From: a virus
Lineage: Duplodnaviria; Caudoviricetes
Reading direction: 5' to 3' (one strand)
DNA: 35,675 nucleotides
IMG/VR virus record: IMGVR_UViG_3300044513_003136
Span: 1 to 35,675 of that record
The translations under genes were made by a program, and so were the position numbers. Each line of letters opens with the position of its first letter. Within the stretch, counting starts at the first letter, position 1. Below are positions 24,301 to 29,789 of the stretch, in pieces. The notes under the pieces were generated by a model that ran no database searches, was not told the DNA's origin, and saw nothing but the letters and a program-made list of their open reading frames with translations.

Positions 24301-25054
24301 CTTCCAATAATTCGCAAAATAAAACTTTTCTTCTGACGTAATCTGCAGAAGATGGTTTGATCAGTTGATCTTCAAGATTTAAGATACTTGGAGTTACTCC
24401 ATAAAGAACATTAAATAAAATTCTAAATGACTCTTCAGTTCCTTTAGTTTTATAAAGAGTAGAAGCTTCTTTTAAAAATGTACCTACGTTGAGATCATCT
24501 GTAAATTTTAAATTTTCTAACTCCGGAGTTAGATATCCCTTGATTTTTTTATAAAATTCTTTTAAGAATAAAGTGCTTAGATTATAAACTGTTGTTCCAG
24601 ATGTATGTACAGAAATACGAGTTTTATTGAATATTAATTCGGTTCCATAGTTTCCATTCTCATATGCTTCTATTCCACTAAATCCTCTAAGACAACCTAA
24701 AAAACTAGTATTGGTTTTTTCTTTATATGAAATAATCTCATCACCAATCTTCAAAAGACCATATTGATTGGGAAATCCGATAGTAGAATCTACATAAATT
24801 TCCTCATCTACATATTCAACATCTTGAGTTAGACTATAAGTCTTAGTTAGATTTTCCTCAGTAAGAAGATCTAATTTTAAATATTGATCTAAGTTATCCA
24901 GAATATCGACAGGACCACCTTGAAATTCTTGAGACAGATAATATTGTCTTAAAAATTCTACAAAGTTAGTATTTGTCTCTCCAATAAATCTTGGTAGTTG
25001 GTTTTGTACAATTTGACTTGTTTTTACTCGTACTTCAAAACCTTCGTTAAACAT
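9329..25054 (-). CDS. gp7: Giant gp7-like baseplate wedge initiator (5241 aa) with inserted domains (YHYH-like, FG-GAP propeller, globin-like helical repeats, reelin-like)
   Basis: Lies between gp6 and gp8; QLPRFI..FVEFLRQYY; LYKTKGTEESFRILFNVLYG; DNDYYQSLSYSIRS..VVHPTGLKNF are gp7-type motifs; uninterrupted 15.7-kb frame. Confidence 0.85.
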   Translation of the reverse strand: MFNEGFEVRVKTSQIVQNQLPRFIGETNTNFVEFLRQYYLSQEFQGGPVDILDNLDQYLKLDLLTEENLTKTYSLTQDVEYVDEEIYVDSTIGFPNQYGLLKIGDEIISYKEKTNTSFLGCLRGFSGIEAYENGNYGTELIFNKTRISVHTSGTTVYNLSTLFLKEFYKKIKGYLTPELENLKFTDDLNVGTFLKEASTLYKTKGTEESFRILFNVLYGVTPSILNLEDQLIKPSSADYVRRKVLFCELLEGSNPDLIIGQTLVSSDGTANGPISEVEIVNRGGKYTYKISLFEGYDDRSLINGTFDITASSKVIGDFPIDSKTLTVDSTIGFPQNGTIICGDNVISYTEKTVNQFLNCSGVNEVISDKDEVKNTFYVYAYENGDTSKIVRFAVSNILSQLNFTSDTTLTNDNESVTVINLGDNIDNPRLNKSYKELLFNSWIYNTSSRYQIESSESNTTHTTKDPLDKSSLKRGDEIEIIDRKTNVIYGYGRVADANNYSLRLDSYVNTSGVTLKQRTIDVKRRLKYASSKSAELKYPNLLSNIQNVYSDGDNYAYVATNSLPDFEIKSEFATRFLNRADSVTVVNNTIIFPQIQLPLPFITGDEVIYTSEDPNNPIFGLTPENKYFVKVISEDTVRLYLSKSFIYTDDFVEIQVLPNQPVGKHFLTLKRQYDKKITSSKSLRKISLKPNTNNGQNEETTAGKPVGMLVNGTEIISYKGTDEIYYGPIASKTLYNSGKNYDVINTPELKVSSPPVSAGSTCLITPIIQGSVKSILLETPEVEINTISYVRIIGGNGSGCILDPIVEVRQNEFEFNAKNDLNYFYETITFTKNHNLIDGQEIVYSSNGNNEIGIGTYYGSNSDQSQTLLNGGSYYTKVFNANTIQLFGSKTDYLAGINTVGFTTIGNSGIHKFKTIDYKKVLVDIAVKEEGSGYTNRNLIVKPTGISTSESKVIFDNHGFKDGELIKYTSDGPISGLSTSNQYYVLKLNDNEFKLANAGIGGTITSEYNRRDYVRFTSTGTGYQKFNYPDIQVDIGVSYATTNKTITAKPLVRGSIIDTYIYEEGSDYGSDILNYQNKPSVTVRQGKDASVRPVIINGRIVEVVVETTGSEFFSKPEFIINSKTGTGAKLNPIIENGKLVSVIVIKSGIGYSSEDTIGVRSSGSGFNIDLNVRRLRVNTLNRFGSEYLNSFGTIQEDEVLYSVIGYNDTIRDSLVDNPGTESEPDHSPIIGWAYDGNPIYGPFGYTNPSDSSAVSLLKSGYKLRTDLVKNRPSSDKFEDGFFVEDYVYDGSGDLDIYNGRYTKTPEFPNGTYAYFGTIESDPDAIDSFIPQFPYFIGQFYKSKVETDVFDINQINYDFSTGDIQRNTFPYRIGSLYSSTDYVDFKYDRGSISASIEEASKGGVTSFNIIDSGEGYKVGDTLTVDNTDTGGFGASAEVYSVKGKVIDNIATSADLYSDMTIVKKDNESLDLYIQPYHELGDESFITLYQPTFFTNPAELPLFGTELVPVDPQTLQTKIRYSSGFLNNNYGTVVAIGNSTIVVANDSTIGAVYAYDINGENEVIITSSDNVSGDVFGRSLAVGANKIVVGATGDDDNGSSSGSVYVFNLDGSGEVKITSSDGAADDQFGRSVDIDDTNGKIVIGAHLDDDGGDISGSIYVYNTDGTGEIKITASDPDIGDTFGRSVAIGHGKVAAGAPFADETASNTGTVYVFDQDGSNPFTINASDNTGSTTNRNYGEALAIGGNKIVVGAPGVNNEQGAVYVYNIDGTGEIIITASDGAATDRFGSSVSVTDDYIIVGSWGDDDTGSSSGSAYVYNLDGTNERKITASDAQSGDRFGFGVAVDGGIAVVGAPYEDQDATDAGAIYRFVLDGNISVPTYSLQEYENLKEVTIPGLSGIHRIGVTTYSSLLVKEIPSTSVGIVTDIYVAEIPSNVAIGNSIKIGSEAMSVLGKFDTNRVLRVFRNAGAAHTETSVVNYLPEYFTINLSTEDFESNVDRKVYFNPTESIGIGTTPGLAVDVQYSLGELTKTISIDSSSIYIPNHPFKENQRVRLHRPSNSEDSLLGYDPYTQISEYFPPQSDLSKDLFIVNKGNDFIGLSTAPGRSEGLYFETNGSDNYEYFLEVFKPRTIVDGEVIQTTITTQTEHGLVDDDLIDLELISNKNAGIAVTASYVNLKYNSTYKKLLLSTVGFTSESVNPLTNRISIIDHKYNDGDKVFYDYNNYSNIVGLSTGEYYIVKIDKDKFSLAETYNDTTSNPKVIVSFGSTGGESQSLSLINPSINITQNDTLVFDVSDPSLLDSKLEFFYDNRFINEFVSTGSTDQFNIQRIGTPGSGIGTNTVSIKPLGGIDSELFYSLRRGIDVVSPDLDVRSYSSIKTKPSDYNGKYKVVGSGTTTFSVVLSRRPERISYNSSEISSLKYTTTAEGASGGISEIRPLFEGIGYQKLPKVTGFKTTNGINAKIQIETTNIGNVNDVRIKNEGVIYPSDYTLAPQGRSSLICNIIDNQEITNVDILFGGRNYFTPPVFVCVDSESRKVIEGVSFEAILSSGSITEINIISSAKGLASVKHDVYTVNNTNGINIRTLTSTSEGLVSATLSTPIVGFSTFTPPFSIGDEVFVEGITKISGKGFNSEDYGYKFFKVTDYQPTNPAVVVFDIGEDPGTAVAIQSFASIINKREYPIFDTNQENSSFLENESILLNYGAGFFKSDYIVDDFVSTYVKLKGKGAIKNGILIKGEKSGSIAKVENFKFNDGNFVTAATSTQVGGWNNETGLLSFDQQVVSDNDYYQSLSYSIRSPIPFDQLSDTVNRVVHPTGLKNFADVQISNNVQVDVVNQSATTLIADFISNSRADQRNGFDLVLDSSTSGQKTRDIRFLNKKLTDYFKCKTNRVLPIDDISDRFSSKNFGQESYVDLAVYPDYVGYSRFLIQTIGNGNTDFQIDDVVVLNDKTNAYTINRGQVGNTFEPFIEYDGNMESGVMYLRAQPEDPDDSSYTIKAVRGYHNTTKTGVGSTSIGKVKITTKSEEVKSGVSTNFSVIWNGNTNGMMIEAFVRDIESNDLNFVELAIDHDGTDAYIAEYFIDSLALISGSSGTPIGSFGATISNGYLNVSYENNSDNTVALKTKSYNFEPTTTAGISTFRFKPNSQPDGSERTARYETRHKVVGVATDAVNPSEEIVSVDVNLDSAFKSIVKINHNDETAIHQVLVGYDGTNTYVLPKYYISVGSTAGLGTFSATTDAQNIILKFHPEAGDFGRYDITSYSEILYRDIDRETKKVDLIYGTIEEEVITSKYNSLNGDGNDQLEFELKYQGIPIFAKSIAPSSDNMNLETGLITIEDHFFSPGEELIYTPGSTYAGISSGPIGIGTTQVGGTTFAGSVITGISTISATVFTDITDKDLVEVGQTLEGDGITSGTTIVSIGQTFQYFVATGDGTPTATGIAVTSIFTTGTNVFNSSGGSVGSIINIGSGSITLDSNVPSGTATYYTDNLGFGISMSNPGAATSITGSYSCGLTTDKMPSRVYCIRFNADTFKLAGVKNSGIGFTFTDYGQGNDHMFEMKKKNEKALITIDNITQYPLLYTDIAHTVTLSFNETKDHVVLSGISSVNPRDLVKIDDEYLKVINVGFATHPNGPISGTGIYPIIEVDRGAVGSIAESHTDQTEARIYRGSYNILKDTLYFTEAPKGVGDNNRTDNRNLLLPKSVFSGRVFLRNDYTKNLIYDDLSPQFTGIAQTFAIRYQGQDVDYVEPGSGILFINEVFQTPSTENNEGNNYSLESENDLTNITFTGIKSPETNDLIISDSDVNQNQIPRGGIIISTGSTSGLGYAPLIGSKAIFDTDVNGTIVSVKDYPTIGELIGITTAEYDHVTGIMTFTSSNDHYLVGVGDFVSLQNFQMDNAGISTTLFTGSTSDEVYPVVAINGDRTFVANVGVGTVALDYVGGGAAYQYHLDLTSGSGYYGEVSIGITYASHTGDDAIIRTLVGAGGSLSYSVIYGGSGYVNPSPVIPVPSYGALEVVGISRFGVGLTTETGNGLLLDLNVEPSERRMPDRFSDASNLILRNKLLIADVAVGKMLSQYPSFSVPGGDQNYKNKIIDSIESIAYNLEFSGNGNVVDTANLYITEAQFAGEEQESITAFQEASTLMISAMRNEEIIPWTLLGQAYSDTTDLIEANRTLLIDESIDRMLIANPTFFFPTGPTSCREDIDSLITAFIFNLLYGGNNSIYDIALAYANDANNDFLVGTGNVTLSAEVVGHLEDLLVDISQNNTITIQGLTTETQVQNFGMTIDAAVETSINTLTAIITTAINSDTVAVSRTLPNKYTERVQYFDNFITLDPAGAPYCADVASAIGSFVGIVTTAIGTSSLPSRTPSYLELFEVKDFKIVRNGYNFRRGDKFTAVGLVTAAGMDSPMENFEIEVLGTFQDSSALWQFGELDFIDNIKPYQTEPRTRFPLYRNNQLISFEIDKNDPDSVLIDLEALLLVFVNGILQEPNKSYNFFGGTSIIFTEEIRPEDDVDIFFYRGTRGDDSFIEDVNPGLQIGDFIRINKNNDYRTSKTQDERIVFDILQSDLLETNVYSGIGINTTTPRPLTVIPQKRDRIINSVVVSKKRDLLSAQIYPTSRVIKSLTQSDTEIFVDDAQQFFYEQGQPILRTINEVSGLLVDDVELVQASTSAIIKLGGITNVSVTSGGSGYESAPTVGFTGGLRAEATANLSSTGFLKRFEITNPGSGYTYPPLVSLGGGLAGQSATAQILNGSLVGVELDGITYDTIDASNVYEFGNGTSIVPNGSGSGTTGGFNVGSDHLRFGGSSGTRFVTFSAVDARSIDTVRVYAIRGNGSNGGETPDIKGVEDLRIQYQVTEQGATPGAFDWIDLGVVISAVDNGTGAGVLDNYDFTLSSDQQSGHTYFRLYQEGNSGANYDHYGILSISFIGSASAEMPDATISFSNNPLEPNPGGITGATAIVILGKRVESITVTNPGEDYTISGSTVTFTGGDFVSEALAAVSQISGYVQDLSLTSAGSGYTPNSQIPLEFTSPTDPSVENLVIATGTANVGSDGTVLSCIVTNSGIGYTQTPTVSIPSPTTKIETIEGIEFVQGFAGIVTSITQVSGVGTDLALEFKLNIDSGNFLSLSQGYPIYIYDTQIGNGLTTIDTTDSETVGIGTTFLDNIYYVHSITRDGVNAVVTANVKSDSDIIGISTSGVNIGKFSWGRLEFSKRGLNAVAFDLSNYSPAGLSTYPQIQRRGYGLRNTGSLSY
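19450..20490 (-). repeat. Seven FG-GAP repeats (beta-propeller) within gp7
   Basis: Seven units of D-x-FG-x-S-V-A-x(4-6)-IVVGA-x(8-10)-G-x-VYVY visible in the translation. Confidence 0.85.
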
Positions 25055-25055
25055 A

Positions 25056-26999
25056 TTACCTCGTTAATTTTCCGTTTGGATAACTGGATGATGTTGGGAA
25101 TGTTACACCCGATATACTTTCACCAGAAGAAATAGTATCTTTCTTCATATTTATAGTGGGAACACTACTGGAAACTGCAAACACAACGAATAAATCCTTA
25201 AGACCAATAACATCATTTGATTCTGGGAATGCCTGTACTTCAATAATATTATCCGCCTTTTCGGTATTTGTAATTTTTATTGTATTAAGTAAAACCTCTC
25301 CTTCTAAGTAGTCTACAACTCCAACGGATTTTGCAACTACGATAGCATCTCTACTTGTAGTATCGAACCTAATTAGAGATATAGTTCCTTTAAATGATCC
25401 ATCAAGGGAACCATCTTCGTTTTTATTTGGAATATCCGTTAAATATACAACTCCAGGTTGTCCTTCAACATTAAATCCAGTGCTCTTAATATTTGCGCCA
25501 AAGGGATTAATATGAAACTGATTTCCAAAACAAAGTTCATATTGGGCAAATGTATTAACAGATGCCTTCAAATCTCTCCTCATTCTAACTTTGGTAATGT
25601 TTGATGTGATTGCATTATCAACCCTATCAATTACTTGGCAAAGTTTGCTATACTTAAATCTACCACCAAACTTATTAAGATCCGTAGATGATGAATATTT
25701 TTCTAGGGAATCAATAACTCTACCCTTCAGGGACTCAATGGTTGTAATTTTGGATGCATTATAGTAAATTGAAGAATCAATTTCAACATAAAGAATTTTA
25801 AGATCAATAATTTCTTGATCAATACCAATAATAGAATAATCTTTTAATTTTGATTGAATCTGTAGTTTTGTAAAATCAGATAAGAAAGTTCCATTCTTAG
25901 GTTTAATTGAAACAAAAACCTTACCAAATCTAGGTGGATCTAATTCTTCACCACCAACAACTGCAACAGATTCTGTGTTGGGGAATATTTCTTTAATAAT
26001 AGTTTCATAATCACGAGTCGTAACTGCCCTGTTCTGGGCGCTATATTGCTTTGGAGCGAAATATTTGATAGAGTCTAAGGACTCCACTTCAGTTCCGTTT
26101 CTAGAACCTTGTAGAGTTGTGACAAAGGTTGTTTCGGATGGAGATATGAGTAGATTATTTGCTCCAACAAATCTCCCACCAAATGAGAATGATCTTACCC
26201 CGTTACCTTCTGCACCGTTGGTTACAATATACGTAACTGTTATAACTGAACCGTTATTTAATTTTTTGCCAAAGTATCCATCACCAAAAATAAGTTCATA
26301 TTTTTCATCCTTAATTTCTTGAAGTAAATATATTTCTGAAGTTCCATCTATCTTATTAATATTATCAACGTATCTATATTCAACTCCTCTTCCAGTCTCA
26401 TTCGACTGGCGAACATAGACTCTAATGGTAGAACTATCAATGTTTGCATTTTCTAAAACAAATCTTTGTTTTATTGATGTATCTACAGTAAACTGCTTTT
26501 GTACAAAGATCCCCTCATAAATTTCAACTTCATTAAAGTATGCAACTCTTTCGGTTGTTACATCAATATCTGAACCAGTAATAGATTCTGAATTTACTGT
26601 GATATCCTCTGGTATCGAAAATGTGTATGAAGTATCGGATTGAGTTCCAACACAAACTAGACCCTCTTTTAATGTAACAATCGAAGATGCGCCAGTAAAA
26701 TTAACGCCAAAAGAAACAGTTGCCTTTGCCGCAGTTCTTGATCTAGGTACATAACCAATATTTCTTGCAAGAGAAACAACGTTCTCTCTCATTGTTGCAG
26801 AATCCAGGAAGGATTCATTTGCAATCATGTTAGCATTAAATGCAGAAATATATGTATTATACGCCAACGTATCGATTAAAACTGAGAAGTTCGAACCTTC
26901 AAAGTCAAAATCGGTAAAATTTGTATTTGCTCTTAGATAATCTTTGATCGATTCTTTTATCTGATCAAAGTCTAAGTTGGTGTACTGTGTAAAAGGCAT
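25056..26999 (-). CDS. gp6: Baseplate wedge subunit gp6
   Basis: LDFDQIK..FTDFDFEGSNFSVLIDTLAYNT..NESFLDSATMRENVVSLARNIGYVPRS; QNRAVTTRDY; 647 aa. Confidence 0.95.
   Translation of the reverse strand: MPFTQYTNLDFDQIKESIKDYLRANTNFTDFDFEGSNFSVLIDTLAYNTYISAFNANMIANESFLDSATMRENVVSLARNIGYVPRSRTAAKATVSFGVNFTGASSIVTLKEGLVCVGTQSDTSYTFSIPEDITVNSESITGSDIDVTTERVAYFNEVEIYEGIFVQKQFTVDTSIKQRFVLENANIDSSTIRVYVRQSNETGRGVEYRYVDNINKIDGTSEIYLLQEIKDEKYELIFGDGYFGKKLNNGSVITVTYIVTNGAEGNGVRSFSFGGRFVGANNLLISPSETTFVTTLQGSRNGTEVESLDSIKYFAPKQYSAQNRAVTTRDYETIIKEIFPNTESVAVVGGEELDPPRFGKVFVSIKPKNGTFLSDFTKLQIQSKLKDYSIIGIDQEIIDLKILYVEIDSSIYYNASKITTIESLKGRVIDSLEKYSSSTDLNKFGGRFKYSKLCQVIDRVDNAITSNITKVRMRRDLKASVNTFAQYELCFGNQFHINPFGANIKSTGFNVEGQPGVVYLTDIPNKNEDGSLDGSFKGTISLIRFDTTSRDAIVVAKSVGVVDYLEGEVLLNTIKITNTEKADNIIEVQAFPESNDVIGLKDLFVVFAVSSSVPTINMKKDTISSGESISGVTFPTSSSYPNGKLTR
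25148..25155 (-). promoter_or_regulatory. T4 late promoter TATAAATA inside the gp6 3' end
   Basis: Perfect consensus 93 nt upstream of the gp7 ATG. Confidence 0.65.
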
Positions 27000-27000
27000 T

Positions 27001-27402
27001 TTATCTGGTTGCCTCTAATATGAAGTTTACAGTTTGTGTTGGTGTTTCTTGTCCCACAATATCAAATATTATGGTTACATCCAAATAGTTACTATCTAGA
27101 TATGGGACAACCTCAACAATTAAATTTTCAACCCTAGGTTCGTAATTTTGAATTGTTGAGGTTATTTGTGCTTTTATATTAGCAGATGTTCCAAGATCAA
27201 AGTTGTTAAATAAACTTCCCCCAACATCAGATCCAATTGTTGAATTGAAGAATCTTTCTGCGGGAATTGTTTCCACAAGGTTGCGAACGGACCTGGCAAT
27301 TGCAGATTCATTAAACAAAACGGTTAAATCGTTTGTTATTGGATGTGGTATAAAAGATAAACTAATATCTTTAAAGGCTCTTGAAGTCCTTTGTGTTGCC
27401 AT
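27001..27402 (-). CDS. gp25: Baseplate wedge subunit gp25
   Basis: FKDISLSF..HP..DL..AIARSVRNLV.T...ERFFN..IGS; IQNYEPRV. Confidence 0.93.
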   Translation of the reverse strand: MATQRTSRAFKDISLSFIPHPITNDLTVLFNESAIARSVRNLVETIPAERFFNSTIGSDVGGSLFNNFDLGTSANIKAQITSTIQNYEPRVENLIVEVVPYLDSNYLDVTIIFDIVGQETPTQTVNFILEATR

Positions 27403-27430
27403 TTAACAACATTAATGTAACGTTCAATTT

Positions 27431-27438
27431 TATTTATA
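27431..27438 (-). promoter_or_regulatory. T4 late promoter TATAAATA
   Basis: Perfect consensus 28 nt upstream of gp25. Confidence 0.8.
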
Positions 27439-27440
27439 CC

Positions 27441-27620
27441 TTATCCCTGCAAATTCTCCTGGTCTTTTTTTATATCATCATGCATAATTTCTTGAATGCA
27501 AATCTCTTCTGCACAATCATTGGTTTCATGTGGTTTTTGCCAATAATCTGTGATCAAACTAGTAGTGCCCCACATTTTATACATGTAATTTTTATCTCTA
27601 TCTACAGGTGAGTTTGCCAT
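27441..27620 (-). CDS. Small hypothetical protein (MANSPVDR...MWGTTSLITDY)
   Basis: ATG 27620 preceded by GGAG; alternative ATG at 27632; late promoter upstream. Confidence 0.7.
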   Translation of the reverse strand: MANSPVDRDKNYMYKMWGTTSLITDYWQKPHETNDCAEEICIQEIMHDDIKKDQENLQG

Positions 27621-27677
27621 CTGTTTCTCCATTAAGGTTAAACAGAACTTTTAGAGGGGTTTCTATCCCTACTTTGC

Positions 27678-27685
27678 TATTTATT
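27678..27685 (-). promoter_or_regulatory. Late promoter AATAAATA
   Basis: Overlaps the stop of the upstream gene, ahead of the 27441..27620 gene. Confidence 0.55.
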
Positions 27686-28277
27686 TCACCCAAAAACCCC
27701 TTCGAAGGTAGTCTTCTGACTGAATAAACTCATAACCATCATAACCAATTGGTCTATCACCTTTCCAAACTGGAATTGCTTCACTATTATTATACCTAAA
27801 ATCAGGATTTTGGCGAAAATGAACCTCAATTAAATGATTTCCAATGAATTCACAGTTAATCCATTCATAATTTCCCTTTAGATTTTGTAATATTTTTGGA
27901 AATTGTACTTTTTCATCAACTTTTTCCCATTTTTCCCATCGATAGAGAGGATCATCTTCATTTCTATTACCTAAAACTGTTAATTTTTGCTCTTGATTGT
28001 GAAAATCAACGCTTAAATGACGTCCTTCGAAGATTTGACACCAAAATTCCGATGGATGAAAGCGTTCGGTGTACTTATGAATGAATTCTATTCGAGCAAA
28101 GCGCCCCATACCAAGCAAATTCATACATGGGCGAACAACATAAAAGTCAGGTTTGGGAACTGTGGTGCCAATTGGACCACATTTATATCCCAAAACCTGA
28201 CTTAAGATTAATTTATTGTAAATCCAGAGGTCTTCAATGTGAATTTGATTCCATTCAGCATCTTCCTCTAAGTACAT
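27681..28277 (-). CDS. ATP-grasp-fold-like protein (198 aa)
   Basis: YVVRP..NLLGMG, FEGRHLSVD, WINCEFIG..LIEVHFR resemble ATP-grasp motifs; start moved to ATG 28277 because the longer ORF overlaps the 52-aa gene. Confidence 0.6.
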   Translation of the reverse strand: MYLEEDAEWNQIHIEDLWIYNKLILSQVLGYKCGPIGTTVPKPDFYVVRPCMNLLGMGRFARIEFIHKYTERFHPSEFWCQIFEGRHLSVDFHNQEQKLTVLGNRNEDDPLYRWEKWEKVDEKVQFPKILQNLKGNYEWINCEFIGNHLIEVHFRQNPDFRYNNSEAIPVWKGDRPIGYDGYEFIQSEDYLRRGFWVK

Positions 28278-28278
28278 A

Positions 28279-28437
28279 TTACCCTTTACCTTGACCACGA
28301 TAAGGTTTACGTGCTTTATTGCGAGACGTTGCGGCATACTTTGTTCCATTCCCCATGCCTTGACGAGACTTTTTCGGAGGACCAGGAATATAAGACTTAA
28401 CCTTATAAGAACCAGTGGACTTAGATTTTGCTGCCAT
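28279..28437 (-). CDS. Small basic protein, 52 aa, ending KPYRGQGKG (not in ORF track)
   Basis: MAAKSKSTGSYKVKSYIPGPPKKSRQGMGNGTKYAATSRNKARKPYRGQGKG; AGGAG SD; tiles between neighbours. Confidence 0.8.
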   Translation of the reverse strand: MAAKSKSTGSYKVKSYIPGPPKKSRQGMGNGTKYAATSRNKARKPYRGQGKG

Positions 28438-28442
28438 TAGAT

Positions 28443-28613
28443 TTAATCTCCTTTAATCATTTCTGTAGCGAGTATCTCAGGTCTAGGTTCCCCTGAGTTA
28501 TAGAATTCTAGCGCATAGTCCTCCATTTTGTCAAAGTATTCATCCTCTGAAAGATTGGCATGGAGGATTTCGCCAGTGATAGCATTTCGGATATTATAAC
28601 GCTCTTGCACCAT
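28443..28613 (-). CDS. Small acidic hypothetical protein, 56 aa (not in ORF track)
   Basis: MVQERYNIRNAITGEILHANLSEDEYFDKMEDYALEFYNSGEPRPEILATEMIKGD; ATG 1 nt after the upstream stop. Confidence 0.8.
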   Translation of the reverse strand: MVQERYNIRNAITGEILHANLSEDEYFDKMEDYALEFYNSGEPRPEILATEMIKGD

Positions 28614-28614
28614 A

Positions 28615-29376
28615 TCAGATCACCCTTGTTTTTTCGTGACCAACGCGAATGCGAGGATCACACCAGATCTCAAAACCTGCTGCGATTGCATCAAGGCAGA
28701 ATGAAACATCCTCTCCACACATATCCTGAACCTCACCAGATTCAAAGACTTGCATCTTCGGAGCAAACCAAGGATACTTTATCTCTTCATGCTCAAACAC
28801 ACCATTCTTGATCAGGATCCATCCGAAACCTGCATAATCAACTGTGAAGGGTTTCTTACGACGTTGAATTGTTTCAATGGTTTCATGATTCATAACACCA
28901 CCATTGTTACGGAAATCATCCTCTTCCATCCAGTGTGCAACTGACGTAGTAACTCCATCTTCAGTACAATACCAACCACTCGCAATATCTTTATCCATCA
29001 AAACCAATTGATAGAACTTCTGAGTATTAAAAACAATATCACTATCAATCCACAATTGGTAATCATACTTTAGTTTACCATCCCAAGGAATCTGATCAGG
29101 ACCACGGAGAACATTAGCGCCCAAACACTTACAACGGGCAAAGTTCACCATAGAACTATAATCTTGTGAGATCTGAATGCTTGCACCTGCTTGTACAAGA
29201 TCAAAACACATCTGCACAAAGTTTTTTAGATACGTATAAGAAACTCCTCTTCCAGGAAGACAGAATACAATACTCTTCCCTTTGATCATCTCTTTTGCTA
29301 GTTGATAATCAAATTCTTGTTCAGTAGTTTCTACCTTCGGGGGGTTCTTCGCTTTAACAGTGAATCCTTTAGTCAT
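28615..29376 (-). CDS. GT-A fold glycosyltransferase-like protein
   Basis: VNFARC; YQLWIDSDIVF (DxD); AGFGWILI; GEDVSFC; EIWCDP..RVGH. Confidence 0.8.
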   Translation of the reverse strand: MTKGFTVKAKNPPKVETTEQEFDYQLAKEMIKGKSIVFCLPGRGVSYTYLKNFVQMCFDLVQAGASIQISQDYSSMVNFARCKCLGANVLRGPDQIPWDGKLKYDYQLWIDSDIVFNTQKFYQLVLMDKDIASGWYCTEDGVTTSVAHWMEEDDFRNNGGVMNHETIETIQRRKKPFTVDYAGFGWILIKNGVFEHEEIKYPWFAPKMQVFESGEVQDMCGEDVSFCLDAIAAGFEIWCDPRIRVGHEKTRVI

Positions 29377-29420
29377 ACGATTAATGGTGTTACTTCAGTA
29401 TCATACAATAATTTATACAG

Positions 29421-29615
29421 TCAGTCAACCACCTCTGTCATGATGATTGTTTCACCATCGACTTCCATATTTACAGTAGTGCCCTCATACCATCCAAATT
29501 CATTTAGAATCCATTCAGGGATTGTTATATAATACTCACCAGTGACTGGATCGACTTCTACCGTTGTTATATTTTTCTCCGGATTTTTTTGCATTTCTTC
29601 TAGTTCTTGATTCAT
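29421..29615 (-). CDS. AbrB/MazE/SpoVT-like DNA-binding protein
   Basis: GEYYITIPEWILNEFGWYEGTTVNMEVDG matches the swapped-hairpin pattern. Confidence 0.75.
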   Translation of the reverse strand: MNQELEEMQKNPEKNITTVEVDPVTGEYYITIPEWILNEFGWYEGTTVNMEVDGETIIMTEVVD

Positions 29616-29737
29616 TTTTACTTTATATAGTGGTTTGAAGTTTTTGAAGTGCTTTGTACGTCTCCGGAATTTTTTTAATATTGAGATATCACGAAGGCGC
29701 TTTGGGTCGTTTATAGCTTACAGTAGTACGCGATTTT

Positions 29738-29763
29738 ATATAAGGGGGGGCATCAACGCCCCC
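29738..29763 (-). terminator. Putative intrinsic terminator closing the early-gene island
   Basis: GGGGGC-GTTGAT-GCCCCC stem (29746-29763) followed by CCTTATAT; weak U-tract; sits at the GC/AT boundary. Confidence 0.5.
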
Positions 29764-29789
29764 ACTGGTGCTGGCACGAACGAATGAGG

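Noticed and set aside
9329-25054. Intein, intron or DGR target as the explanation for gp7 size
   Set aside because: No intein terminal or LAGLIDADG motifs, no frame break, no reverse transcriptase and no TR/VR pair were noticed
28278-28349. N-terminal extension of the 222-aa ORF
   Set aside because: Overlaps the 52-aa YRGQG gene, which has an SD; ATG 28277 tiles better
771-28944. Numerous 60-141 aa plus-strand and off-frame ORFs within the structural and accessory genes
   Set aside because: Antisense or frame shadows of long genes, with no recognisable motifs or initiation signals
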